Shown here piece after piece: positions 37,559 through 47,535 of a stretch of DNA of 64,000 bases. The notes below the pieces were generated by a model. It had not been told where the DNA came from, did not search any database, and was given only the letters and a program-made list of their open reading frames with translations. Made by a program: the position numbers and the translations under genes. Numbering within the stretch: position 1 is the first letter of the stretch; each line of letters opens with the position of its first letter. Origin of the DNA: Promethearchaeota archaeon (GTDB lineage: Archaea; Asgardarchaeota; Lokiarchaeia; Sigyniarchaeales; SOKP01); NCBI GenBank assembly GCA_030599585.1, contig JAUVNS010000011.1, positions 1-64,000 on the forward strand. Reading direction: 5' to 3'.

Positions 37559-38380
37559 TTATTCGTCACTTTTTTCATCTGTATCTACTTCTGGCTCCAG
37601 AGAAATTTCAGAAATTTCTTCCTCTTCAACTTCTTCGAACAGGTCTTTTTCTTCTTCGGTTGGTTCTCTTGTTTCTTCACTTATCTCGAGGTCTTTTTCC
37701 ACTTTTGTTTTACGTAACTCGGCTTCTATTTTTGCTTGAACTTTAGCTAATTCTTCGTGGTTTACTACGATTGTATCCCCCATTCTTATATCAGCGTGCA
37801 TGATTTTCACAATTATCCCTAAAGTTCCTGACTTCATAACACACTGAGCTACTCCTTTATCTACTCCTTCTTGAGCAGGTTGACCTGATTTTTTCATTGT
37901 ACCGGCCCTAAATACGGTCGTCCGGGCTCTCTGTGAAGTAACCTTACCCGAAACGATAATTTCTGTACCTCTAGCTCCAGAATCCATGATTTTACGTAAT
38001 ATATAATAACCTGCTCTTCTGTAATGTCTTCCTCGATCTAGCGAATACGCTAAACGTTCCGCCATAATCTGTGCGTTCAAATCCGGGTTTTCTACCTCCT
38101 CGACTTCGATTTGGGGCAATTAGCTTAAGGGAAAAATTTTCCCCTAATTTTCTAGCTCAAATCGTTCTTGAAGGATATCCGTGATCTCTTGAATACGCTT
38201 TCCGCCTTTTCCTATTACAAGGCCTGGGCGGGACGTACGAAGAGTGATTCTAACGCCAAGCGGGGTTTTCTGTATATCAACGCCAGCAAACCCAGCCCGA
38301 ACCAGTTCAGATCTCAGGTATTCGTTTATTTGCATTAATTTGATTCCTTGTTCAATAAAATGTTTTGCTAATGGGCTCAT
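37559..38380 (-). CDS. rps3: 30S ribosomal protein S3 (uS3), interrupted by a 30-nt in-frame insertion with two stops; joined product 263 aa
   Basis: 38144..38380 is the KH part (RPGLVIGKGG..ERFELE); 37559..38119 continues directly (PQIEVEEVENPDLNAQ..GARGTEIIVSGK); both parts are in the same frame. Confidence 0.93.
38119..38148 (-). other. Candidate 30-nt bulge-helix-bulge (archaeal-type) mRNA intron in rps3
   Basis: Exon helix CGAUUUG/CAAAUCG plus GC/GC, 3-nt bulge AUU, central helix UAGA/GCUA (3 bp + A.G), 3-nt bulge AAA, intron stem UUAGGGGAA/UUCCCUUAA; canonical cuts give CUA GAA AUG CCC CAA (LEMPQ). Confidence 0.7.
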
Positions 38381-38424
38381 ATTTACTACTTTTTTTTATA
38401 ATTTTAATTTTCTTTAATTTAATT

Positions 38425-38904
38425 TTAACTTGGAAATTCGTACACTACAATTTCCACATGACTTAAATGCCCAAACTTCGGAGAAGATCGACCGTGAGCT
38501 CGTTGAATATAGCGCTTTATTATTCTTCCTCGATGTGTTGCTGCGTGAATAATTCTACACTGTTCAGTGTCTAATCCTTTAAACTCAGCATTTGATTCAA
38601 CGGAAGTGAGAATTTCATAGATTCTAGCAGCGGTTTTTTGGGGGAATCTACCTGCATACCAGTTATACTGTTTCAAGTCTTTTCTGTGAGCTTGTTTCTT
38701 TTTATGTCTTCTAAATGGTACGGATTGCTTGAGTTGAATAACTTTCTCTAGATACCTTTTGGCTTGCTCTAGCTTCATACCTTTAATTACAGCACAAACT
38801 TCTCTTGCAGGTTTTGGTTTTATTCGTAAATCTCTACCCGAAGCTTTAGCCAACCTGTCTGCGTCATATTTTTGCTCTACGAAAGAATAACCCCAGTTAG
38901 GCAT
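38425..38904 (-). CDS. rpl22: 50S ribosomal protein L22 (uL22)
   Basis: DLRIKPKPAREVC..AGRFPQK..SNAEFKGLD..RAHGRSSPK. Confidence 0.96.
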   Translation of the reverse strand: MPNWGYSFVEQKYDADRLAKASGRDLRIKPKPAREVCAVIKGMKLEQAKRYLEKVIQLKQSVPFRRHKKKQAHRKDLKQYNWYAGRFPQKTAARIYEILTSVESNAEFKGLDTEQCRIIHAATHRGRIIKRYIQRAHGRSSPKFGHLSHVEIVVYEFPS

Positions 38905-38931
38905 TTTATTTCATCTCTTATATTATTGTAA

Positions 38932-39465
38932 TTATTTTAATGGAACATACTTACTTGAACGTGTGGCTCCAATTCCTGGCGACCCATGCTGAACATGTCT
39001 TCTAGTTTGTGAGAATTCTCCTAGATAATGACCAATCATTTCAGGTTTTACTTCTACTATTTCGTAGGTTTTCCCGTTATAGACGCCTATTTGCAAACCA
39101 ACCATTTCTGGGAAGATTAACATATCTCTAACATGCGTCCGGGTAAGAATATCCTTTCCTCTTTTCTTAGCTCTATACGCCCTTCTTAACCTTTCAAGAA
39201 GTTTTTTTTGTCTGGGAGGAAGTCCTCTTCTTAACGATCTTCGCGCTCTCGCGGGTAGTAGTCGGACGAACTCGTCCATATTCATCTTCTTTAATTCCTC
39301 TAAGGTGTGGCCTCTATAATGAAATTTGAGGCGATCTCTTTCTTTTTTTAAGTCTAATTCTTTATCGTTTGTTTCTTCATCAGTTTCTTCTGAAGGTTTT
39401 TCAGTAGTTTCATCCGGTGTCATTTCTTTTTGTTCTTCATTGTCCCGTTCTTCATTTGGAGCCAT
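38932..39465 (-). CDS. rps19: 30S ribosomal protein S19 (uS19) with an acidic N-terminal extension
   Basis: [46 protein letters not shown]. Confidence 0.96.
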   Translation of the reverse strand: MAPNEERDNEEQKEMTPDETTEKPSEETDEETNDKELDLKKERDRLKFHYRGHTLEELKKMNMDEFVRLLPARARRSLRRGLPPRQKKLLERLRRAYRAKKRGKDILTRTHVRDMLIFPEMVGLQIGVYNGKTYEIVEVKPEMIGHYLGEFSQTRRHVQHGSPGIGATRSSKYVPLK

Positions 39466-39700
39466 AATTCCACCAATCTATTTGTTCCATTCAATATTTT
39501 ATGTTTATTTTTTACGCTATTTGTAACACGTGTAATGAAATTAGTTATCTATCAAATTTGAATTTTATTAAAACCAGAGAACCAAAAACCAAAAACTTAA
39601 AAGGTTGCTATGTGACCTTCGAGGAAAATTGTATTATCTCTAAATCTCAATTTTTATCGATGTAGTTAAGTGGAGAATTTCAAGTTTCGTTCACGATTGT

Positions 39701-40375
39701 TTAGGAATAATTATTTGGATTATATACTCTAACAATATCTTCTTCATTAAAATTTCCACTCCATCGTTCTTCAACAATCACAAATTGTTCAGGATCGTTA
39801 GTAGGATTCAGTATCGAATGGTACATCAATTTATCGTTTATAAATTTCGTTCCCGTCTCAACAAAATAATACACTTTGTTCGCATTTATGATTATTGGCT
39901 TACCTTTTAGAATTCGCCATATTTCGCTCCTGAATTTGTGTGTTTGAATTGATATACCTATCCCTGGTTTAATATATATTAAACTATAGTCTGAATAGGT
40001 GAATTTAATGCTATACCATTTATTTAATACATCAAGGAATCCATTTGGAACATTATACTTCTTCTTGAATAGTATTGGGTCAATTTTTGCTTTTTCAGAT
40101 AACTCAAATTTATAGGGATCATATATCGTTCTGTGATTAGAAACATCGTTATTATAGTTAAATTCTATTTCCTCATCACATTTATTTATCAACATGTAAC
40201 AATCGTTTGGTTTTACAATCAAATTAACTATTGTTAAATTTTGAGAGTAAAAATTAATGCCATTTATTAGAAAAATGTTATCCAGATGATTAGAATCTAG
40301 GATTATCTTAAGTTCTTTCTGGTCGTTTTTTCTAAGGATTGTTCCTCTACCCGGATGAATAATTTCTTCCTTCAC
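39701..40375 (-). CDS. Cupin-domain protein (mannose-6-phosphate isomerase type II C-terminal-like)
   Basis: ISIQTHKFRSEIWRILKG..HSILNP..EEDIVR. Confidence 0.65.
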   Translation of the reverse strand: MKEEIIHPGRGTILRKNDQKELKIILDSNHLDNIFLINGINFYSQNLTIVNLIVKPNDCYMLINKCDEEIEFNYNNDVSNHRTIYDPYKFELSEKAKIDPILFKKKYNVPNGFLDVLNKWYSIKFTYSDYSLIYIKPGIGISIQTHKFRSEIWRILKGKPIIINANKVYYFVETGTKFINDKLMYHSILNPTNDPEQFVIVEERWSGNFNEEDIVRVYNPNNYS

Positions 40376-40393
40376 ATAACCAACCTTTGACTT

Positions 40394-41356
40394 TTATATT
40401 CTACTATATTCTTTAAAACGCTCCGTAATTTCGTTTAAATACGGTAATGATGCTTGCGCTCCTTTTCGAGTAACTGATATAGAAGCAGCAGCCGATGCAT
40501 ATTTTACAGATGTTATTAAATTCTCGCCTTGGTTTAACATACTTGCTAATACGCCATTAAAACAATCACCAGCACCAACGGTATCGACTGCTTGAACTTT
40601 TAAGGCAGGAATAGCTGTAATTCTATCTTTTTTTGCATCATAGATTAAAGATCCCTTGCTCCCCAGTGTTGTTATGATTACATCCACGCCATATTCTGAA
40701 ATATCTCTGGAAGCCTGAATTATTCGTTCTTTTTTCTCACCTTTTAGATTTTTAAGGTTCAATAATGAATGTAAACGCAATAGTTCTCCCTCGTTAGGGA
40801 TTAAGATATCTACATTACTTAATATTGAATGACTAATAGGTTTTAAAGGCGCAGGATTAAGAATTTTTATACAGTTACCTTGAGCTGCCATTTTAAAAAT
40901 TTCTTCAATTGTTGCTGATGGTATTTCCATCTGAACAACTAAAGATTTCGCATTTCTAATAATCTCATTGTTTGCTTTAACATCATCAGGTGTTAAATTG
41001 AAATTAGCTCCTGGTGCTACGCTAATCATATTTTCACCAGTTTTATCGATCAAAATAAAGGCAACACCACTTGATTCGTGGGAATCCCTAACAATGTATT
41101 TAAGATTAATTCCTTCAGATTTCAATTGCGAAATCATTTGGTCTCCAAATGCGTCTGTCCCAATTTTGCCAATAAAAGTTGTTTTGGAACCAGACCTAGC
41201 AGAAGCAACTGCCTGATTCGCACCCTTTCCTCCTAAGAATTGCTTAAAAATACCTCCAGTTACCGTTTCTCCGGGATTTGGGAACCTTTCTGAGTAAATA
41301 TTTAAATCCATGTTGCTGGAGCCGACGATAAGAACATAGCGATCGAGATTTGACAT
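40394..41356 (-). CDS. rbsK: Ribokinase (PfkB family)
   Basis: GSSNMDL, GGKGANQAVA, NPAP, PNEGE, DTVGAGDCFNG. Confidence 0.93.
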   Translation of the reverse strand: MSNLDRYVLIVGSSNMDLNIYSERFPNPGETVTGGIFKQFLGGKGANQAVASARSGSKTTFIGKIGTDAFGDQMISQLKSEGINLKYIVRDSHESSGVAFILIDKTGENMISVAPGANFNLTPDDVKANNEIIRNAKSLVVQMEIPSATIEEIFKMAAQGNCIKILNPAPLKPISHSILSNVDILIPNEGELLRLHSLLNLKNLKGEKKERIIQASRDISEYGVDVIITTLGSKGSLIYDAKKDRITAIPALKVQAVDTVGAGDCFNGVLASMLNQGENLITSVKYASAAASISVTRKGAQASLPYLNEITERFKEYSRI

Positions 41357-41570
41357 GGTTTCGCTTCTATAAAAACGATTCTTTAAATCATAATTTCTTT
41401 TATAATATCAAATTATGGATCATCACAATTAAAACCAAATGATCCTTAACGAATGGTTTTAATTTAATATAAATTTAAAAACAATAATAAGCAAAAGTAA
41501 CCTTGCTTGAATAAGCAATATAACCTAGCTTAAAAATATTAAAAAAAAAATACATCTGAAATTCATAAAG

Positions 41571-41900
41571 GTGTTTAATATGGCAAAAGATAAGATAATT
41601 GGAGCAGTCGTTATGATTCTTGGCATCCTAATCGCTATTATCTATACCATGGGAAGTGTCGTGGATTTATGGTTTGAAACGCTGGGTAAAAACCCAGATT
41701 GGGACCTTCCCTTCAGGTTTATATTTGGTATCGATTGGCTCGACTACAGATTATTTACCGTTCTACCGCTCTGGATTATGGTCCTTCTAATAGCGATAAT
41801 TGCTATTTGGATTGGTTACAGCATGCTCACTACTCCAGCACCCGTTCCATTAGAGGAATTGGAAGAGGAATTAGCTGCTGAAGAAGAATCTGGAGAGTAG
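41571..41900 (+). CDS. Small two-TM membrane protein (DPM2-like archaeal family)
   Basis: Two hydrophobic helices; WIGYSMLTTPAPVPLEELEEEL tail. Confidence 0.55.
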   Translation: MFNMAKDKIIGAVVMILGILIAIIYTMGSVVDLWFETLGKNPDWDLPFRFIFGIDWLDYRLFTVLPLWIMVLLIAIIAIWIGYSMLTTPAPVPLEELEEELAAEEESGE

Positions 41901-41955
41901 AAAGAGAATTATTTACAATTTTTATTTTTTTTATTTTATTATTAAGGATATGATT

Positions 41956-42696
41956 CTAAAAGTTTAATTTCGTAAAGTTCGTGTCCAAATTTGCTAAGTT
42001 TATTTGAATTAGAGAATAATTAGGAATTTCTTTGGCGTTTTTAGTAAGGGGGGTTGTACTTACGATGATTTCGTTGCTATTTCGACTTATAAACAAAGTA
42101 TGGTGCCGACCGTTAAAATTCGTATTATGATTAGTGATCACATTACACGTCTGGGAATTGAAGAGAAAAGCGTTAGCACCGGCACCTATTTCAATTTTCT
42201 TGAAAACAAATTCCAACGCACTCTCTAAATCTTTTTTTTCTTGTATTTGGTCAATTATGGAACATAAATACTTTCGAGTATCTAAGCCTGTTTCCTTATA
42301 AATTCTATTCAATTTAGGAGTATTTAGTTTTTTTTCAGGAAAATTTTTAATTATGCCGTTATGAGTAATTAGGTACTTCTCACCAATGTCTATAGGGTGT
42401 ACGTTTTCAAATTTCCTTTTCCAAGGTAGAGTTTTCCTTGCGTGAACTAAAAGAAATCGAGTTTTAATTTTGGTAAGGCTTTTCCAATCAGCGTGGTAAA
42501 TTGGGTTAATATCACGCTTAATTACGAGTTCATTATTATTTTCTGAGAGATAAGCAAACCCCCAACCTAGGCTATGATGTCCAAATATGTCATACCTCCT
42601 AAAATAGCGCCAGTGACATGTTGCAAGAAAGCGTTTTAGAATTGTGTAATCGATATTGAATGGCTCAAGAGAGCACTTAAAGAACATGCGACACAT
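41956..42696 (-). CDS. Class II glutamine amidotransferase (YafJ/EgtC-like)
   Basis: N-terminal MCRM, GWG, HARK, NVHP, HNG. Confidence 0.88.
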   Translation of the reverse strand: MCRMFFKCSLEPFNIDYTILKRFLATCHWRYFRRYDIFGHHSLGWGFAYLSENNNELVIKRDINPIYHADWKSLTKIKTRFLLVHARKTLPWKRKFENVHPIDIGEKYLITHNGIIKNFPEKKLNTPKLNRIYKETGLDTRKYLCSIIDQIQEKKDLESALEFVFKKIEIGAGANAFLFNSQTCNVITNHNTNFNGRHHTLFISRNSNEIIVSTTPLTKNAKEIPNYSLIQINLANLDTNFTKLNF

Positions 42697-42734
42697 AATC
42701 TATCCTTTAGATGTAATATATTTGTATATCAAAA

Positions 42735-43856
42735 TTAATTCTCACCTAAAAAGTACGCGAATAAAGAACCGTCGTCGTGACAAGTTATTAGAGTTTTGGT
42801 ATCTAAATCGAATTTTGCGTCATTAACACAAGATTCCTTTTTAATTTCTGCTAGGATTTTACCAGTAGTATCTTCAATGAGTAGTGTTTTTCCCCTAGTT
42901 GTACCAATTATAAAAAATTTATGTCCTTTAAAGATAATGTGTGATACTGTTTCCACATTTACGTTAGTGATTTCCCAAATAATTACTAAATCTTGGTTGA
43001 AACACATCATTTTAGAATTTAACTCGAGATCATCGATGTTTATCAAACTATCAAAAAAATCAAAAGAGTATGTGCTAACAAGTAGATTATAATTATTCAT
43101 AGATTCAAATTGAGAACATTTCCACACGTACTCTTGGCATTGAACTGTTTTTATTTCATCGTGAGACCTTTTTTCAATGAAGTGAAGCATCTTATCGTCT
43201 CCTCCACACACAATAAATTCGTTTGTATTTGATATAAAGAGGGAAACGCATCGAATTTTATCAGTGAATCGCTTAAACCACGATAAGGCGCCGTTAATTC
43301 CTTTAAATATTCTAACTGTACCATCATTTCCCGTAGCAATTACTTCTTTCAGAGTGGGTTCTGAAGGATCTTGCCAAACTATAGCGTCCCCAATTCCATC
43401 CTCAAACAATTGTCCCCAAATTAAGGATCCATCTAAAGGATTTAAAACTCTCAAACTTTTGTCTATTGAGTACGCAATGATTTCATTCAGCTTATCATTA
43501 TTTATATCAAATAATAAAAATCCACTAATAGATGCTCCAAATTGATGTTTCCAAAATATTTCCAATTCGTAGGAGGTATTACATTTAAAAACCCTTAATA
43601 ATCCGTCCAATCCGGCTAAAATTGTTTCATTTTTATTGTCATTATCTATATCTTCCACTTCTACTTTCCAAATTGATGATTTTTCCGTTATTTTTTTATC
43701 TGCTAAAACTTTTCCGGTTAAAGAAAGAATCAAAAGTCTACCTGATTTTGAAGCTGCTATAATTTCATTTTGACCATTATTATTCACATCTCCAATTTCA
43801 ATTTGTAGAATAGGTTCTTCAATTTGAAAATGCCACTTTTCTTCTAAATCAATCAT
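42735..43856 (-). CDS. Beta-propeller (FG-GAP/WD40-like) repeat protein
   Basis: Repeated DxxxDxxxEII motifs (DVNNNGQNEII, DIDNDNKNETI, DINNDKLNEII) and DGxxR/W blades. Confidence 0.8.
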   Translation of the reverse strand: MIDLEEKWHFQIEEPILQIEIGDVNNNGQNEIIAASKSGRLLILSLTGKVLADKKITEKSSIWKVEVEDIDNDNKNETILAGLDGLLRVFKCNTSYELEIFWKHQFGASISGFLLFDINNDKLNEIIAYSIDKSLRVLNPLDGSLIWGQLFEDGIGDAIVWQDPSEPTLKEVIATGNDGTVRIFKGINGALSWFKRFTDKIRCVSLFISNTNEFIVCGGDDKMLHFIEKRSHDEIKTVQCQEYVWKCSQFESMNNYNLLVSTYSFDFFDSLINIDDLELNSKMMCFNQDLVIIWEITNVNVETVSHIIFKGHKFFIIGTTRGKTLLIEDTTGKILAEIKKESCVNDAKFDLDTKTLITCHDDGSLFAYFLGEN

Positions 43857-43996
43857 TTGTATATTCTTTGATTTATTATTGCTTAATTATTCCAAAATAT
43901 CGATATAATCAATTATGATAAATAAGATATAATTATAAATAAAAATAAATTAATTTCTATTTAATTACTTAAATTTCGGTTTAAAAGTGATATAAT

Positions 43997-44419
43997 ATGT
44001 CAGAAGAAAGAAATATAGATCCTTTTTCGTTATTGATTTTAGTTCTTAGTATCATCGCAATTGTAACGGAACTAATAGGTCCCTTCGCAGGTTTCTACTT
44101 AGGTAGTGGAAACTATAGATATTCGTGTTTGGATTGTGAATATAGTACAGGTGTTGACATAATACTTCAATACATAATTCTAATACTACTAGTGATTCAA
44201 GTAATCATTGTTTTGAACGAATTGCTACCTAGTAAGTTCATTCCTTTGGATGTTAACAAGTACGGCATGTTTTTGGCAATTTTAACATGGATCTTTGCTG
44301 TTATTGGACTTGCCTCTTTTGGAATAACCTATGGTAATTATGAATGGTGGCCCGAATTAGGCTTTTATGGAATCGTAGTCGGTGGACTTCTTAAAATAAA
44401 TAATTCTTTTTTTTTTTAA
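43997..44419 (+). CDS. Hypothetical membrane protein
   Basis: Three to four hydrophobic helices; WWPELGFYG. Confidence 0.7.
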   Translation: MSEERNIDPFSLLILVLSIIAIVTELIGPFAGFYLGSGNYRYSCLDCEYSTGVDIILQYIILILLVIQVIIVLNELLPSKFIPLDVNKYGMFLAILTWIFAVIGLASFGITYGNYEWWPELGFYGIVVGGLLKINNSFFF

Positions 44420-44525
44420 TCGGCAAATTAAAATCTTTTACACAATTCTCATAAACAAAGGTAATTATTTTATCAATTCGATAATTACTAAATTACGAAA
44501 AAAAATAGATAAGGAGTCGAAAACA

Positions 44526-44723
44526 ATGAGCTTTCAAATCAAGCTAAATTTAGATGGTTGCACTGGTTGTGGAACTTGCTACGAAGTCTGCCCAAGTGAA
44601 TGTTTCGGGGAACCAGAAGGCGGAAAGGTAAATATAATCGATGACAATAGAGATGATTGTGTCGGTTGCCGAGCATGTGAAACCCAGTGTCCCGAAGAAG
44701 TAATCGAGATTATTGAGGAATAA
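44526..44723 (+). CDS. 2[4Fe-4S] ferredoxin
   Basis: CTGCGTCYEVCP and CVGCRACETQCP. Confidence 0.95.
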   Translation: MSFQIKLNLDGCTGCGTCYEVCPSECFGEPEGGKVNIIDDNRDDCVGCRACETQCPEEVIEIIEE

Positions 44724-44830
44724 GTATTACAAAACCTCTTAGATATTTTAGCGCTTTTTTTTTTTTTAATTATTTTACATTACTTTTAACTTATTTATTT
44801 GATATTGTACTGCTTTTTTAAGGAATAAGA

Positions 44831-44852
44831 TCGTGAAACCGGCCTTTCACGA
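44831..44852. terminator. Perfect 8-bp inverted repeat between convergent genes (terminator or binding site)
   Basis: tcgtgaaa-ccggcc-tttcacga. Confidence 0.3.
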
Positions 44853-44965
44853 AAATTTGTATATATTACAGAAATATGCTAAGATATATCGGTGTAATAC
44901 ATTCTAAATGAAAAATAATTTTTATAGAAGCATAGGAAGAATAAAAAAAGATGTAAGGTTATCGA

Positions 44966-46252
44966 TTATAAGTCAGCGCAGAGAAAAACAATGAGTTCCT
45001 TTATGTAAGTTTTGACTTCTTTAAATCTAATATTTTCGTTTACTGCGTGGTTACCAGAACCAGCATTTCCTACTCCATGAAAGATAATATCTTTAGTATT
45101 TAGAATTTCAGAGACATAACCCATATCACTACTTCCAGCCAATCCGATCGCCATTATTTTATTTTCTGATACTTTTTGGACTTCCATCATAACTTTCTTC
45201 ATCCGAGTTATATCGGGAGCGTTTATATCTGCAATCATAGGTGGGTAATCGTAAATAAAAGTAGTTTTAACATCTAGTAACTTGCTTTTTTCTTTTCCTC
45301 TTTCAATCGCTTCAGAAATTTCTTTCTTAACATCTTCGAGATTTTCGTCAGGGATTACTCTTCGGTTAATAGTTAAAGTACATAAACCCGGTACGATATT
45401 CGTTTTAGTTCCTGAATGTATAATGTCTAGGTTGAACATGGGTGTCATATTACGATTTTCGCCCGTTCCAAATCTAGGGAATCCTGGAATGTTTTTACTT
45501 TCGCGAGCTTCGACAATTTTTTTTAATTTCATTAATTCTACTAAGATTGTAACAGTTTCTTCTAACGCATTTATTCCTAAAAAGTTCATTCCAGAATGGC
45601 AACTTCTTCCAAAAGATTCAACTATAACATTTAAGGCCCCCGCTGTTCCGATAGGGATTATTGGATTAATTACACCTTCCATACAAAACACCGTTCCTTT
45701 AACGTATCCTTTTTCTGCAAGATATCGAATTCCGGGCCATACACCGATTTCTTCGTCAGTACAATTCATTACATTGATATTATATTTTGGCGTTAATTTT
45801 AGTTCTTCAATTATGTTAAGAGGTAAAATCAGACAGACCATAGCACCTTTCATGTCAGAAGTTCCCCGACCATATATCTTTCCACTATTAATCATAGTTG
45901 CTTCAAATGGTGGGAAACGCCATTTTTTTTCTCCATCATTCGGAGCTGGTACAACATCCATGTGTCCATAAAAGCTGATATCTTTATCTCGTCCGAAATC
46001 TTTTGTAGCAACAAGATTAATCCGAGGTCCTTCTAAAGGATATGGCATCAGTTTTACCAATTCTTCTGGTATAACAACTTCTTCTAACGAGTAATTTAAA
46101 TTTCTGAAAAAGGGGATTAAAGCATCCACATATTGGCGATATGCATTTCCAGGGGGGACTGAAGTATTAATATTGATAAAAGTTCTCATAACGCTCATTA
46201 CTTTTTCCCTATCTAAATTATCTACGGTGTTATAAATTTGCTCTAGGTTCAT
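44966..46252 (-). CDS. M20 family metallopeptidase/deacylase (ArgE/DapE-like)
   Basis: GHMDVVP, YGRGTSDMKG, DEE, GRSCHSG, NHAVNE. Confidence 0.92.
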   Translation of the reverse strand: MNLEQIYNTVDNLDREKVMSVMRTFININTSVPPGNAYRQYVDALIPFFRNLNYSLEEVVIPEELVKLMPYPLEGPRINLVATKDFGRDKDISFYGHMDVVPAPNDGEKKWRFPPFEATMINSGKIYGRGTSDMKGAMVCLILPLNIIEELKLTPKYNINVMNCTDEEIGVWPGIRYLAEKGYVKGTVFCMEGVINPIIPIGTAGALNVIVESFGRSCHSGMNFLGINALEETVTILVELMKLKKIVEARESKNIPGFPRFGTGENRNMTPMFNLDIIHSGTKTNIVPGLCTLTINRRVIPDENLEDVKKEISEAIERGKEKSKLLDVKTTFIYDYPPMIADINAPDITRMKKVMMEVQKVSENKIMAIGLAGSSDMGYVSEILNTKDIIFHGVGNAGSGNHAVNENIRFKEVKTYIKELIVFLCADL

Positions 46253-46342
46253 AATCTTAAATTCCCTTAAATTAGAATATATATTGAAAAATAAGTAATG
46301 GAATAAAATATTTCTGAATGAAAATTTTACTTAACACACAAT

Positions 46343-47452
46343 TTACCAAAGTAAAATTTTTCCACAATTTTTGCACGTACCTTCGTTAATTTGTATGTTG
46401 AGACAATTTTCGTGATATGTAGTACCACACGATTGGCATTTATAAATTTTCCCTGTGTATTCGCCATAATCGTATCCACAATAACTACATTTATCTCCAA
46501 ATGAGAAGTCAGAGCCATTTACATCAACTTCAACTATTTGGGCCGTACCCGTTAAACCCATATTTGAACTAGAGGGATTTAAATATTGATCATTTTGTGC
46601 ATAAGAGGTTTGCTGTTGAGGTTGAGTGTAAGTTTGAGGTTGTTCCCAATCTGAAACATACCCTTTAGCAGGTTTTTTTGCAATTCCCATTTTGGTAGAT
46701 ACTTTTTCATCTAATATATTGGTTAAAATTAAGGCTGAAGCGTATTTACCTTTTGCTCCTCCTTTCTGTAAGTGCGTATGGGAAATTATATGAATAACAC
46801 GCCCTCCTGCGTTCCCATGATCAAAATAACACAATACAGGACCCTCGCCCCATTTCTTTTGTATCTGATAAGACTGGATTAGGACACGAACTGCAGGACT
46901 AAGAACCTGAATAGGAAAAGACCTATTTTCAAGCCACCACTTAAATTCAGCTTTCTTTGTATCTTTAGCTGTCTTTTTTTGCCATTTAGCTTGTGATATT
47001 TCGCTTAATACACCGTCTAAGAAAGGATGATCGGGTTCAACAATTTGACACGCCACGACAGCATCAGCAGTCTTTTGTCCGTTCCACCGAATATAACCGG
47101 GAAAAATATTTTCAACTATATGTTTTATTGCCCAATCAGTCGTTATTAACCAACCTCCTTTTAGAGACACAAACTCACTGATTTTTGGGAAAGCTGAATG
47201 CGGAATTTTGTCCCCCGGGCATCCGATCAAAACAACATCGTAATCGCTTAAATTATGTTTCATTATATCATTTGGTTTAATAGTTATATGTTTTGCGGCA
47301 TACATGTGATCTATCACCTTTCTAGGGCGTTCGTAGCGACCTTCAACCGCAAGGATTCTACCGTGCTTCTCAACCGCTTTTACAACATCTTTTTTACCAA
47401 GTGCTTCCATTTTGCGCCGTTTAACCTCGGAATAAAGATCCTTTTCACTCAA
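46343..47452 (-). CDS. Class I GATase-like domain protein with a C-terminal C4HC3 RING/PHD-like zinc finger
   Basis: YDVVLIGCPG..FVSLKGGWLITTDW; CSYC..CQSC.HENC..CKNC. Confidence 0.65.
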   Translation of the reverse strand: MSEKDLYSEVKRRKMEALGKKDVVKAVEKHGRILAVEGRYERPRKVIDHMYAAKHITIKPNDIMKHNLSDYDVVLIGCPGDKIPHSAFPKISEFVSLKGGWLITTDWAIKHIVENIFPGYIRWNGQKTADAVVACQIVEPDHPFLDGVLSEISQAKWQKKTAKDTKKAEFKWWLENRSFPIQVLSPAVRVLIQSYQIQKKWGEGPVLCYFDHGNAGGRVIHIISHTHLQKGGAKGKYASALILTNILDEKVSTKMGIAKKPAKGYVSDWEQPQTYTQPQQQTSYAQNDQYLNPSSSNMGLTGTAQIVEVDVNGSDFSFGDKCSYCGYDYGEYTGKIYKCQSCGTTYHENCLNIQINEGTCKNCGKILLW

Positions 47453-47535
47453 TTTTATCCACTATTACAATTGTTATAAGTAATTAAATATTATTTTGTA
47501 TAAGTAATAAAAAATAATTCATATTAATATTTGCA

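Noticed and set aside
38117-38149. Programmed translational bypassing (T4 gene 60-like) in rps3
   Set aside because: A take-off codon AAU followed by UAG and a hairpin is present, but the only matching downstream AAU near the resume point is out of frame; BHB splicing explains the junction better.
45282-45971. 229-aa plus-strand ORF and the many other short antisense ORFs in the track (e.g. 3926, 17530, 23055, 37356, 54186)
   Set aside because: They are shadows of well-supported genes on the opposite strand or in another frame, with no recognisable motifs.
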